A DNA stretch of 55,018 nt from assembly GCA_034722055.1 (NCBI GenBank), contig JAYENL010000316.1:1-55018 (forward strand). The letters run 5' to 3'. The notes under the pieces are model-generated. The model saw only the letters and a list, made by a program, of their open reading frames with translations. It ran no database searches and was not told the DNA's origin. Made by a program: the position numbers and the translations under genes. Origin of the DNA: Armatimonadota bacterium (GTDB lineage Bacteria > Armatimonadota > Zipacnadia > Zipacnadales > UBA5352). Shown here one piece after another: positions 39,743-49,043 of this stretch; position 1 is the first letter of the stretch; each line of letters starts with the position of its first letter.

Positions 39743-40196
39743 TGTGCAGTGGAATTAGTCTCCACCGGCCAAGGCCCGTCGTGGCCCGCCGTGAGTGCCC
39801 TGTCATCCCGTGCAGCACATGGGCAGGTGCCATCTGCCATTACCGTCAGTCGGTACCCGGTGGGGCGCGCACCCGCGGGCCGTCAACGTACCTTCAAAGT
39901 ACCTCTCGGCGACCTCGCCGCCGCACTGGAGTCCTGCCTGCGGCCGCGCCCACGCCAACGGGCCACGTCCTCCGTGCGGCGGCAGGCACGCAGGGGCAGC
40001 AGCCTGCAGTGGCGGCGCGCCCATAGCGGCTGCCCAGGGGGCCATGAGGGGGCTCCGACCAAACCGTGTGCAACCCGAGAGCGTTCAGGAAGCGGTGCTT
40101 CTCGCGGCTGCCGATGAGCCCCTCATTTGGGTGGAGCGCCGCCAGACGGCATAAATCGTTCCCCGAACATTACCTGATAGTATTGATGTAAGGCCC

Positions 40197-40225
40197 TTGA
40201 CAGGCAAACGCTAATGTGCTATTGT
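40197..40225 (+). promoter_or_regulatory. Sigma70-type promoter for hsp20
   Basis: TTGACA-N17-TATTGT with extended -10 TG. Confidence 0.7.
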
Positions 40226-40273
40226 AGGTGCGTGAAGAGAAGTGACAGATCACATTGAGGTGGAGGGAGACAG

Positions 40274-40723
40274 ATGTCCCTGATGCGATGGCGACGCAGT
40301 CCCATGCTGACGCGCCCGTGGAGGCGCATGTCCGACGTGTTCGATGAGCTCGATCGCCTCATGAGCTGGCCGGCCGAGCTCTCGGAGGAGGCTCAGTACG
40401 GGCCCGCCGTTGACGTCTACGAGACCGACGATGAGGTTGTCGTCAAGGCGCACATGCCCGGCGTCAACAAGGAGGATCTCAACGTCAACATCCAGGATAA
40501 CGCGCTGACCATTCGCGCTGAGACCCGGCGCGAGGAGGAAGTTGACGAGGACAACTACTTCCGGCGCGAGCTCCGCTACGGCACGTGGGCCCGGCGCCTG
40601 CCCCTGCCCGCCGAGGTGGACGAGGAGCAGGTCTCGGCCAAGCTCCACGACGGCGTGCTCGAGATCCGGGCCAGCAAGACGGAGGAGGTCGAAGCGGGCG
40701 GCAAGAAGGTCGAAGTGGAGTAG
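40274..40723 (+). CDS. Hsp20 / alpha-crystallin small heat shock protein
   Basis: PAVDVYETDDEVVVKA.MPG...L.I...RRE..YG...R...LP..VD...A....GVLEI. Confidence 0.96.
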   Translation: MSLMRWRRSPMLTRPWRRMSDVFDELDRLMSWPAELSEEAQYGPAVDVYETDDEVVVKAHMPGVNKEDLNVNIQDNALTIRAETRREEEVDEDNYFRRELRYGTWARRLPLPAEVDEEQVSAKLHDGVLEIRASKTEEVEAGGKKVEVE

Positions 40724-40747
40724 GCGCCTGATCGAATGCGCACGCCA

Positions 40748-40773
40748 GCGGCGCGGCCGGCCGGCCGCGCCGC
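40748..40773. terminator. Perfect 26-bp GC palindrome between convergent genes
   Basis: GCGGCGCGGCCGGCCGGCCGCGCCGC. Confidence 0.55.
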
Positions 40774-40797
40774 GGTCGTGTACGCGAGGGGCTGGCC

Positions 40798-41583
40798 TCA
40801 CTCGGCCGACTCCATCGCCTCGATCAGCTCCACCAGCGAACAGACGGCCTCCTCGGTCATCTCCTGACCGATCTCAGCGCTGGCCCGCTCCGGCTCGCCC
40901 ATCACCCCCACCTTGATGTCGGGATGCTGCCGGATGGCGGGCACCACCAGCTCGTGGTCCACGTTCTTCTCCCGGAGCTGGTAGGCGTCCTGGTCCTCCC
41001 GCATCATCTGCACCACCTCCGGCTCGTCGAGGACGTATTCGTCGCGCACCTGGTCCGGATGCCAGTAGAGCAGCAGCGATGTCTCGAACCACCCGGAGTG
41101 GAAGTCCCCCTGCTCAAAGGCCCGCCGGCAGATCTCGGAGTTGACCCAGAAGCGGAAGACTGCGATGTTGCGGTCGTGGAACTGAGGGTTGTTGCGCAGG
41201 AACATCTCCGCCGCCTCCTGGGTGGCGCGGTCGTTCTCGCTGCCCCCGTGGCCCAGCACCAGCACGATGTTCTGCAGCCCCTGGAGGCACAGTGAGCGAA
41301 GTATCTCCACGATCACCTGCGTCACCACATGGGGGCTGACGTTGATGGTGCCGGGCAGCTCTCCGCCGGAGTAGGTGTAGGGCAGCGTGGGCGCCACGAA
41401 GCAGCCGGTGCGCGCGGCGGCCCGCTTGCTGATCTCCTCGCAGTTGTAGCAGTCGGTGCGCAGCGGCAGGTGGTATCCGTGCTGCTCGGTGACCCCCAGC
41501 GGCACCAGAATCGTCTGCGTGCGCTGAAGCGCCGCGCGCACCTCCTTCACCGTCATGTGCTCCCACAGCAGGGCCTCGGACAT
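40798..41583 (-). CDS. Creatininase-family amidohydrolase
   Basis: PLGVTEQHGYHLP..TD, PGTI, GHGG.EN, DFHSG.FETS, GVMG.P..AS.E.G; ATG at 41583 after GGGAGG. Confidence 0.92.
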   Translation of the reverse strand: MSEALLWEHMTVKEVRAALQRTQTILVPLGVTEQHGYHLPLRTDCYNCEEISKRAAARTGCFVAPTLPYTYSGGELPGTINVSPHVVTQVIVEILRSLCLQGLQNIVLVLGHGGSENDRATQEAAEMFLRNNPQFHDRNIAVFRFWVNSEICRRAFEQGDFHSGWFETSLLLYWHPDQVRDEYVLDEPEVVQMMREDQDAYQLREKNVDHELVVPAIRQHPDIKVGVMGEPERASAEIGQEMTEEAVCSLVELIEAMESAE

Positions 41584-41748
41584 GGCCCGGCCTCCCTTCG
41601 ACCGTCGCACGCCTCGGACAGCGGGGTGCATTTCGTCACAGCGCCGGCCGGACCTGCTCTCGGCCGGGCGGGGCAGGTGTTGGGGGCATGTGCGACGAAG
41701 GGGGCCGCGACGGGCGTGCATATCGCGTGAGGAGGATGGTGCGGGAGA

Positions 41749-42501
41749 ATGCGTACACTCGTCGTGGTTATCGCGCTGCTTGCCACGGTCGTGTCTGTGG
41801 CGTGTGCCGATCAGTACATGTGGATCGACCGGATTGAGGAGAGCGGGCGGATGCTGGTGCCGCTGCGCGGGATCTTCGAGGCCTATGGCGCGCAGGTAGG
41901 CTGGAACAACGCCACCCGGACGGTGACCATCACGGCGCCGGCCCTGGACATCGCCATGCAGATCGACAACCCGATCGCAACGCGGAACGGCCAGTCTCAT
42001 GAGCTCGATGCCCCGCCGCGGGTCTTTGACGGGCGCACCTACATCCCCCTGCGTTTCGCGGCGGAGGCGCTGGGCGAGCGAGTGGACTACAAGGGCGACC
42101 GCATCGAGCTGCCCACCATCGGCCTCACGCTGCTGATCCGCGGGGAGGCGGAGGGGCCCGAGCCCGTGGAGTACGCCCCCGCCGGCGTGGAGAAGCCGCT
42201 GAGGATCACCCAGCCCACCGAGGGCGCGCGCATCGGCCCACGGGTGGAGATCACCGGCACGGCCCCCGGCGGCTCCATGCTCGTCATCGAGACCGAAGTG
42301 CGGACCCAGGACGATCACGAGCTGCTCAGGGTCGTGCCCGGCATCAGGCACAGCGTCCCGGCCAGCGGCAACTGGCACTTCGCGGTCGCGGCCCCGACGC
42401 TGCCGGACAACATCTCCGAGCCCCTGTACTATATCATCAAGGCCTACTACAAGACCGACGGATACACCTCCGACCCGGTGAGCGTGAAGGTTTACCGCTG
42501 A
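41749..42501 (+). CDS. Secreted copper amine oxidase N-terminal (stalk) domain protein with Ig-like C-terminus
   Basis: GRMLVPLRGIFEAYGAQVGW...LDAPP....GRTYIPLRFAAEALG. Confidence 0.9.
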   Translation: MRTLVVVIALLATVVSVACADQYMWIDRIEESGRMLVPLRGIFEAYGAQVGWNNATRTVTITAPALDIAMQIDNPIATRNGQSHELDAPPRVFDGRTYIPLRFAAEALGERVDYKGDRIELPTIGLTLLIRGEAEGPEPVEYAPAGVEKPLRITQPTEGARIGPRVEITGTAPGGSMLVIETEVRTQDDHELLRVVPGIRHSVPASGNWHFAVAAPTLPDNISEPLYYIIKAYYKTDGYTSDPVSVKVYR

Positions 42502-42713
42502 GCGGGGCGGACCTGGAGGACGCACTGCGAGGCGGGGTTCGGCGTCAGCCGGCCCCGCCTCCGTGCCATACTGGCCGACATGGAGATCATCATCAATTGC
42601 AGCATCGAGGCTGCCCGCCTGCATCCGGAGCAGTTCCTGATCGAGAAGATCAGTGGCCCGGAGACCGACGCCCAGGGCGAGTGGCGCAGCGGGCCGAGAT
42701 AGGAGCCGGCACA

Positions 42714-44117
42714 ATGATCTGGCGCGTGGCGGCGTTGACGGCGGTTCTGTCCGGGGCGTGCCTGTATGCGGACGGAGATGGTCCCGTGGTCAGCATCCGG
42801 GGCGAGGAGTTCCTGATCGACGGCCGCCCGACCCATGAGGGTGTGAGCTTTCGCGGACACAGCATCCAGGGCCTGCTGTTCAACAGCCGCATGGTGCAGG
42901 GCATCTTCGACGATGAGAACCCCGAGACCCGGCGGCTGTGGGAGTACCCCGACACCGGCGAGTGGGACGCCGGGCGCAACACCCGCGAGTTCGTCGCTGC
43001 CATGCCCTCCTGGCGCGAGCACGGCCTGCTGGCCTTCACCGTGAACCTGCAGGGCGGCGGCCCCATCTACCAGCGGCCGTTCCCCTACAACCAGTACATC
43101 AACTCCGCCTATGACCCGCAGGGACACCTCAAGCCCGCGTACATGGCCCGGCTGGCATCGATCCTCGACCGCGCCGCGGAGCTCGAGATGGCCGTGATCC
43201 TGGGCCTGGCCTACTTTGGGGTGGATCACCGCTATGTCGGGAGCCCGCAGGCCATCAGGCAGATGGCGGACGAGATCGTGGACTGGCTGGCACAGCGCGA
43301 CGACCGCCACGTGCTCATCGAGATCGCCAACGAGGCCACGCGCATCCGCAGCCGCACCGGAGAGGTCAGCGCCCTGGAGCTGATGGAGCGCATTCGCACG
43401 CGCAGCCGGGAGCGCTACCATGATGGCTTCACACTGCTGTGCGCCACGAGCCTGGGGGGCGGCGGGATGCACGATGACCAGCACCTGCGGGCCATGGACT
43501 TCATCCTGGTGCACGGCAACGGGCAGAGCCCCGACGACCACCGCCGGATGATCCGCGAGATCCGCGCCAGTGACGCCTTCGGGGAGAATCCGAAGCCGAT
43601 CGTCTTCAACGAAGCGCACACCGAGATCGGCTGCCTGCTGGCCTGTGCCGAGATGCACGCCTCCTGGGGGTACTTCGACCAGGGGACGAACAACTACCGG
43701 GACGGCTTTCAGACGCCGCCGGTGCGCTGGGAGATCAACACGGAGGACAAGCGCCGCTTCTTCGAGGCCCTGGGAGCCATCACACGCGGCGAGGAGCCGG
43801 CATGGCTGGTCTCCCCGCCGCATCTGCGCGGCTTCGTGGGGCTGCCGGAGGATACGCCCGTCAGCGGCCGGATCGAGGTCTCGCTGCCCATCGATGACCG
43901 CTGGGGCGTGGACCGGGTAGAGTTCTTCATCGACGGGGAGCGCGTCAACGTCGAGCGCCGGCATCCCTACTACCTGGGCGGCGACACGGGCGGGCGGCCG
44001 CACGGCTACGACACATCGAGGCTTGAGCCGGGCGAGCACAGGCTGCGGGCCGTCGCCCACTCGGTCGCGGGCTCGGTCAGCGAGGCGGAGACGACCTTCA
44101 TCGTAGCCGCCGAGTGA
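42714..44117 (+). CDS. Secreted GH-A clan-like TIM-barrel protein with C-terminal Ig-like domain
   Basis: IEIANE (acid/base) and PIVFNE (nucleophile) motifs; VDRVEFFIDG...PY...D..L..GEH.L.A.A Ig domain. Confidence 0.75.
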   Translation: MIWRVAALTAVLSGACLYADGDGPVVSIRGEEFLIDGRPTHEGVSFRGHSIQGLLFNSRMVQGIFDDENPETRRLWEYPDTGEWDAGRNTREFVAAMPSWREHGLLAFTVNLQGGGPIYQRPFPYNQYINSAYDPQGHLKPAYMARLASILDRAAELEMAVILGLAYFGVDHRYVGSPQAIRQMADEIVDWLAQRDDRHVLIEIANEATRIRSRTGEVSALELMERIRTRSRERYHDGFTLLCATSLGGGGMHDDQHLRAMDFILVHGNGQSPDDHRRMIREIRASDAFGENPKPIVFNEAHTEIGCLLACAEMHASWGYFDQGTNNYRDGFQTPPVRWEINTEDKRRFFEALGAITRGEEPAWLVSPPHLRGFVGLPEDTPVSGRIEVSLPIDDRWGVDRVEFFIDGERVNVERRHPYYLGGDTGGRPHGYDTSRLEPGEHRLRAVAHSVAGSVSEAETTFIVAAE

Positions 44118-44154
44118 ATGGTGCTAACGACTGACGGCTGTCTCGCAAGCCACA

Positions 44155-44246
44155 CGCTGGCCGTTTGCCGGGCTGGAAGCCCCACCTGCGCGAAGGATGG
44201 AGCCCGCTGCAACGGCGGGCGGGCTGGGCAGCCCGCCCTCCGTACG
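44155..44246 (-). repeat. REP-like hairpins
   Basis: Minus strand GCAGGTGGGCTTCCAGCCCGGC and GTACGGAG-GGCGGGCTG-CC-CAGCCCGCC, related to the 30.1-30.5 kb cluster. Confidence 0.65.
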
Positions 44247-44311
44247 AGATAATGGCGGCGGCACACCACCATGGTCGCCGCCCCTCCCCCAAACGCCGCG
44301 GCTAACGCCCT

Positions 44312-44363
44312 CGGAGGGGCCGTCCTGAGGAGGGCTGTGAAGCCCGAGGAAGCCGGCCCTCTC
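44312..44363 (+). repeat. GGAG-tagged tandem-GA hairpin motif, copy c
   Basis: CGGAGGGGCCGTCCTGAGGA-GGGC-TGTGAA-GCCC-GAGGAAGCCGGCCCTCTC. Confidence 0.7.
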
Positions 44364-44369
44364 TGTCGT

Positions 44370-44630
44370 CCGGAGCCGCGGCATGCCCACGGCGGCCTTG
44401 CGCAGCATGGGGTTGCTCAGCCCCCGGTGGAAGAGAGTCAGCAGTTGGTGGGCGAGTGCAAACATCGCGAGGCGAAAGCAGTTGGCCTCGAAGGGGTGGC
44501 ATGAGAGGCGGTCGGCATGGGATCATCGGTGGAGTCCAGTTCGATGATGAATGGCGCACAGGCGAGGGTGCTTGCGCTTCTTAGCGGGTGAGCCCAGATG
44601 GAACCTCAGCAGACGCGCCACCGTCACGCC
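44370..44630 (-). mobile_element. IS1380-family transposase remnant with a large internal deletion
   Basis: Minus-strand frames give IIELDSTDDP (44548-44519) directly joined, out of frame, to HADRLSCHPFEANCFRLAMFALAHQLL (from 44519); both are characteristic IS1380 motifs. Confidence 0.75.
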
Positions 44631-44657
44631 GCATATTGCGGGAATCTCTGCCACTGA

Positions 44658-45395
44658 TTACTGACTGACCGCGATTTTCGCCACGAACCTGTACCCGATG
44701 CCGTTGACGGTGAGTATCCGCGTCGGGTGGCTCGTATCGTCCTCTATCTTCTCCCGCAGACGGTGGACGTTGGTCTTCACGACGCTGCTATCGTAGCCGC
44801 GGAAGCCCCATACACGACCGAGGAGATACTGGTAGCTGACCGGTTTCCCCTGATGCTCCATGAGGCACCGGAGCAGCCGGAACTCCGTGGGAGTCAGATG
44901 CACGGGCTGCCCGTCCACCAGCGTTCGACGGCTGTTGAGATCGATCTCGACGTCGCCAGCCGCGATCGCCGCGTGATCCGGGAGATCCCGATCTTCGGCG
45001 TGCACAACCGAGCGTGTACCGGATCGTCGCAGCAAGGCCTCCAGCCTGGCCACCAACTCGCGCGGGCTGAACGGTTTGGTGATGTAGTCGTCGGCCCCCC
45101 TTCGCAGGTTCCGGATCTGGTCCGGCTCGGTATCCTTGGCGCTGATCACGACAACAGGAACCGTACTCGTGGCGCGGATCTCGTCAAGAATGACGTCGCC
45201 CTGCATGTCCGGCAGCATCAGGTCCAGCAGAACCACATCGAAGTCGCGGGAGTTGGCGGATGTCAGTCCATCCTCGCCCGTTGAGGCATGTCTCACCTCG
45301 TACCCGCTGTTCTCCAGCTTCGCCCTGAGCGCGTCCGCCAAGAGCGCATCATCTTCGATAAGCAGCAGGCGCGTCAGGCCGTTATCCCTGTCCAC
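44658..45395 (-). CDS. OmpR/PhoB-family response regulator
   Basis: LLIEDD, LLDLMLP, ISA, GADDYITKPFS.REL.AR, LTPTEF.LL, VWG, RLREKIE, TV.G.GY; GTG start at 45395 after GGAGGGAGG. Confidence 0.95.
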   Translation of the reverse strand: MDRDNGLTRLLLIEDDALLADALRAKLENSGYEVRHASTGEDGLTSANSRDFDVVLLDLMLPDMQGDVILDEIRATSTVPVVVISAKDTEPDQIRNLRRGADDYITKPFSPRELVARLEALLRRSGTRSVVHAEDRDLPDHAAIAAGDVEIDLNSRRTLVDGQPVHLTPTEFRLLRCLMEHQGKPVSYQYLLGRVWGFRGYDSSVVKTNVHRLREKIEDDTSHPTRILTVNGIGYRFVAKIAVSQ

Positions 45396-45659
45396 GATAT
45401 GCCTCCCTCCCCAGGGCGCCGATGAGGTCAAGCCCGATGTGCCGGTGGCGCGTCAGAGCGGTAACGCAACCCACTACGTCCCTAGTGACCGGCCGGGCTC
45501 AGGCCACTCCCCGTGTCACCAAACGCGAGTGAAGAGTGGCGCCAGCGAGGTGAGGGAGTGGTCAGTCACTCCCTCACCTCATCCCAGCCCTGGGCAGCAC
45601 GCCAGGGGCAGCGGGGCGGGGACCGGCACGCAGACCAATCGGAGGAGGTCACATCGAGC

Positions 45660-46214
45660 GTGATCGCGGCGGTGCTTGATGGGGCTCTTGGACCGGCCCA
45701 GTGGGCGCTGGTCGTCGCTACCGCGGCCCTGGCAGTGGGGGCTGCATGGACAGACATCCACTGGGGCAAGGTTTTCAACCTGATGACGGTGCCATTCGCC
45801 ATTCTCGGGCTGACGCTCAATACGGTTGCTGGCGGCATAGATGGGTTGCTGCTAAGTGCCGGCGGCATCGCAGCGGGCTTCGCACTGTGGCTTCTCAGCA
45901 GGTTCCTCGGCCGCATTCTGGGTGGCGGCGACATCAAGTTGCTGATGGCATTCGGCGCCCTGCTCGGGCCCGCATTCATGTTCTGGACCTTTGTGTTCGG
46001 CGCCCTTATTGGTGGCGTAATCGCGGTCGCGATGGCTTTGCGTCAGGGGCTGCTGCAGAGCGTGCTGCGAGGGATGTGCGTCTCGCTCTACGCCCGAGCA
46101 GCCATGGCCACGCCCATGGAGATCACAGCAAGCGCGGACGAGTTGAGGCTGCCCTACGCCGTGGCATTGTGCGCCGGAGCCCTGCTGACGATCGGCATTC
46201 GGCTCTGGACATGA
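45660..46214 (+). CDS. cpaA: A24 prepilin peptidase (TadV/CpaA)
   Basis: AAWTD...KV.N, GGGDIKLL...GA..G, LPYAVAL..G; multiple TM helices. Confidence 0.9.
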   Translation: MIAAVLDGALGPAQWALVVATAALAVGAAWTDIHWGKVFNLMTVPFAILGLTLNTVAGGIDGLLLSAGGIAAGFALWLLSRFLGRILGGGDIKLLMAFGALLGPAFMFWTFVFGALIGGVIAVAMALRQGLLQSVLRGMCVSLYARAAMATPMEITASADELRLPYAVALCAGALLTIGIRLWT

Positions 46215-46355
46215 CCGGCACCAGCGAGTTCTCAGTGCCGGCCTCCCTCGGCGATGCTCGGACAGACGCCTAAGCCAGCGGGTCGGTCCGCACCGATCGG
46301 GGAGGCGGCAGAGGCGCGTGGGGGCGCAGTCTGATATGAAGGAACGGGGTGCAGT

Positions 46356-46829
46356 ATGGTCTGGAGAGCGAGGAGACGTCGTGGCCGCGGAGCGGCGAGC
46401 GTCGAGATGGCCCTGGTGGCGCCGCTGCTGATCTACCTGCTCTTTGCAGTTGTTGAGTTCGGGGTGATGGTCGGGGATGTGGTCCACATCCACGAGGTGG
46501 CGAGGGAGGGCGCGCGGGCTGCCGTTGTGGGAGCTACACCCACCACTATTGCCGCACGAGTCCAGGCAGCGGCAGCGCCCATGGACACAACTGGGATGCA
46601 GTCTGTCTTCGAGTTCCGCTCCTACGACATCACAACGGGCACGTAGTCGGCCTGGCAGACTCTCGGCACTGAGGACACCGCCAACAACGCCAGTCCCGAC
46701 GACCAGGTGCGTGTCACCGTGACCTATCCGCACCAACTGCTCCTCCCCGGTCTGTTCGGCACGTGGGCCGACGACCCGGAGACCGGCACGATCACGCTCA
46801 GGGCCTCAATCATCATGCGCCGGGAGTAA
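46356..46829 (+). pseudogene. tadE: TadE-family pseudopilin interrupted by an in-frame TAG at 46644-46646
   Basis: RGAASVEMALVAPLL...EFG...AREGARAA; same frame continues after the TAG with VRVTVTYPHQLLLPG...IMRRE-TAA. Confidence 0.88.
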
Positions 46830-46984
46830 CTCGTCCGGCCAACATCAGGGCGGGCGGGACCAGTCGCGCGCTCTTGGCGAGAGTCGGTCAGGGCAGCGCG
46901 GCCTGTGGCGCGGAGCAGCAGCGATGTCCGACCTCCGCATTGCGGATGCGGGGGATACAGGCGCAGCAGTCAGGAGTGGTGCGT

Positions 46985-48064
46985 ATGTCAATCTTCAGGA
47001 CCCTGACAGTGAGAGATGGCGGCCGCCGGGGGCTGGGTGTGGGCCTCAACTCCCGCGGCGTCGTCACGGGTTGGGTGGTCGTCGCGCTTGTGGCCCTGCT
47101 GGGTGCTGCGGCTCTGGCCATCGACATCGGCTCCCTGGTGGTGGCCGCCCAGCGATGCCAGGACGTCGCCGACAGTGCCGCACTGGCCTCCGCCGCCAGC
47201 CTGCCTACTGCGACCGAGGTCCGGGCGGTCGCTCTGCAGACCGTGTCGGCCAACAACACTGATGCCTCAGGCTGGCAGGTCACCTGTAGCGAGGCCGACG
47301 TGCAGATACTCAGCCCCGGTGAGGTCGTGTCCAATGAGCCCCTGGGTCCATTTGCCTACGGAGTCGAGGTGACTGTGCACGGGCCGGTCGATTTCGGCTT
47401 CGCCCGGGTCCTCGGTATCGAGGGCGTGACTGCTCGCCGCAGCGCCGTTGCCATGCGCGGGATGGTGGACCAGGTGCCCATCTGCCCCATGTGGATTGAT
47501 GCCACCACGGAGCTCAACTACGGCGTGCAGCAGGAGCTGCTCATGGCGGATGGCCCGAGTTACGAGGGCATCCCCGGCTCCCTCGGCTTCCTCGAGCCGC
47601 CGGACGGCTGCACGGCCGACTGGTTCACCCTGATGGAAGGCTACGGTCTCAGCGAGCAGGACTACCAGACCTCGTTCGTCTCAAAGGAAGATACTGTCAG
47701 CGCATATACCGGAGTGAACGTCGGCGGCTGGGTCAAAGCTCTGTCAAACGACAAGGGCTGCTCCCGGCTGGAGCGGGCGACCGACCCAAACGGGAAGTGG
47801 GCCGAGGACACCTTCGAGGACTATCAGCCGGACAATCCGCGCATCCTGCTCGTGCCGCTGGTGACCTACATTGGCGACAGCGGGACAAACGCGACGTTCC
47901 AGATCGAGAGCTTCGCCGCCTTCTGGCTGGAGTCCGTGGACGGGACGACCGACGACAAGAAGATCACCGGCCGCTTCATCGACTACTTCGATCTTGCAGG
48001 CGGCGACGTGGATAGCGGCCTCACGGATTCATCGCGCCTCTTTGCCGTGAAGCTCGTCAGGTGA
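46985..48064 (+). CDS. TadG-like pilus assembly protein
   Basis: RG...LLGAAALAIDIG......QDVADSAALA.A; FARVLG; C-terminal VKLVR. Confidence 0.85.
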   Translation: MSIFRTLTVRDGGRRGLGVGLNSRGVVTGWVVVALVALLGAAALAIDIGSLVVAAQRCQDVADSAALASAASLPTATEVRAVALQTVSANNTDASGWQVTCSEADVQILSPGEVVSNEPLGPFAYGVEVTVHGPVDFGFARVLGIEGVTARRSAVAMRGMVDQVPICPMWIDATTELNYGVQQELLMADGPSYEGIPGSLGFLEPPDGCTADWFTLMEGYGLSEQDYQTSFVSKEDTVSAYTGVNVGGWVKALSNDKGCSRLERATDPNGKWAEDTFEDYQPDNPRILLVPLVTYIGDSGTNATFQIESFAAFWLESVDGTTDDKKITGRFIDYFDLAGGDVDSGLTDSSRLFAVKLVR

Positions 48065-48204
48065 ACCCGCACCGCTCGCCCACTCGGAGTTGGCCTGGTG
48101 TCGCGCACGGAGCAGTTCGCTGATAGGCACACAAGGTCGGGCATGCATGCGCTGACTGAGACGGAGTTCCTATCGGCGATGTCCCACGGGAGGAGGGATG
48201 TGGG

Positions 48205-48690
48205 ATGAGGCAGTTGAGCAGACGACAAGCGCTTGGTCTGGCCATCGTGATTGCCCTGATCGCTGCCAGCCTGGTGTACCTCGTTCTGCAGACCGAGACC
48301 GGGCCCGCGGTTGAGCCGACGGGGAGGTCACGGTGCTCGTGGCTGCTCAAGACATCGAGGTCCACGACACCATCACCTCTGAGATGGTCACCTCCCAGTC
48401 GGTGGACGAGATGGCGGCACCGGCGGCCTATCTCTCCTCGCCCGAAGAGGTGATTGGCCGGATCGCCGCCATGCCGATCAGCCATGGCGATCTGATCACC
48501 CGGCGCATGGTGGAGAGGCGCACTCCAGAAGCCGGGCTGACCTTCGCGATCGAGCCCGGGATGCGAGCCGTTACGGTCGCACTCGACCCTGTCTCCGGCG
48601 TGGGCGGGTTCGTGCTGCCTGGGGACCACGTGGACGTGCTCGCGACCTTCGAGCGGGAGCGCGTGGGGATGACCTGCACTATTCTGCAGG
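48205..48690 (+). pseudogene. cpaB: Flp pilus assembly protein CpaB/RcpC, frameshifted and 3'-truncated
   Basis: TM leader in one frame; VLVAAQDI (SAF domain)...GMRAVTV....GVGGFVLPGDHVDVLAT...TILQ in another; one extra G in GGGG at 48321-48324 restores the frame. Confidence 0.88.
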
Positions 48691-48909
48691 GAGGTGCAGC
48701 GGATGGAGGGTGAGGAGATCATCACCCAGGACCTGTTCACCCTCAAGCACCACGGGGTTGACGATGACGGCCGCCTGATCGTGGAGCACCGGCCGATGGG
48801 CATTCAGCCGCTGTTCGTGGACAAGCTGGCCGCGGAGGGCGTGCAGCTTCCGCCCGACATTCTCATGCCCGAGCACGAGGATTCCCAACCACAAAGGGTC
48901 TTCTGGTAG
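48691..48909 (+). pseudogene. cpaF: 3' fragment of the Tad assembly ATPase CpaF/TadA
   Basis: EVQRMEGEEIITQDLF...G.DDDG......GIQP.F..KL...G..LP is the typical CpaF C-terminus; Walker motifs are absent. Confidence 0.85.
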
Positions 48910-49043
48910 CGAGAGGCGATCTGCGCCCGGGCCGGCGCGTGCGTCAGCGGGTATCCCCGGGGCTATCTCATACCGACCGTAACTACATTCGTTGCTTGTC
49001 TGAGAAGCGATAGGTCCGCTCTGCCCCGCAAGGAGGGGACGAT

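Noticed and set aside
40140..40273. CIRCE or HAIR heat-shock operator upstream of hsp20
   Set aside because: No TTAGCACTC-N9-GAGTGCTAA or CTTGAGT-N7-ACTCAAG; only a weak GTGA-N4-TCAC palindrome near 40242-40253, too short to call
41584..42714. 638-aa ORF suggesting an N-terminally extended creatininase
   Set aside because: The extension is antisense to the real 41749-42501 gene; a good RBS and ATG sit at 41583
45396..46355. Flp pilin gene near cpaA
   Set aside because: No short ORF with the G-x4-EY Flp motif found in the intergenic gaps
46644..46646. Pyrrolysine or genome-wide TAG recoding
   Set aside because: TAG is the genuine terminator of several full-length genes here (galU, murB, hsp20, tadB, tadC), and neighbouring tad genes are also broken
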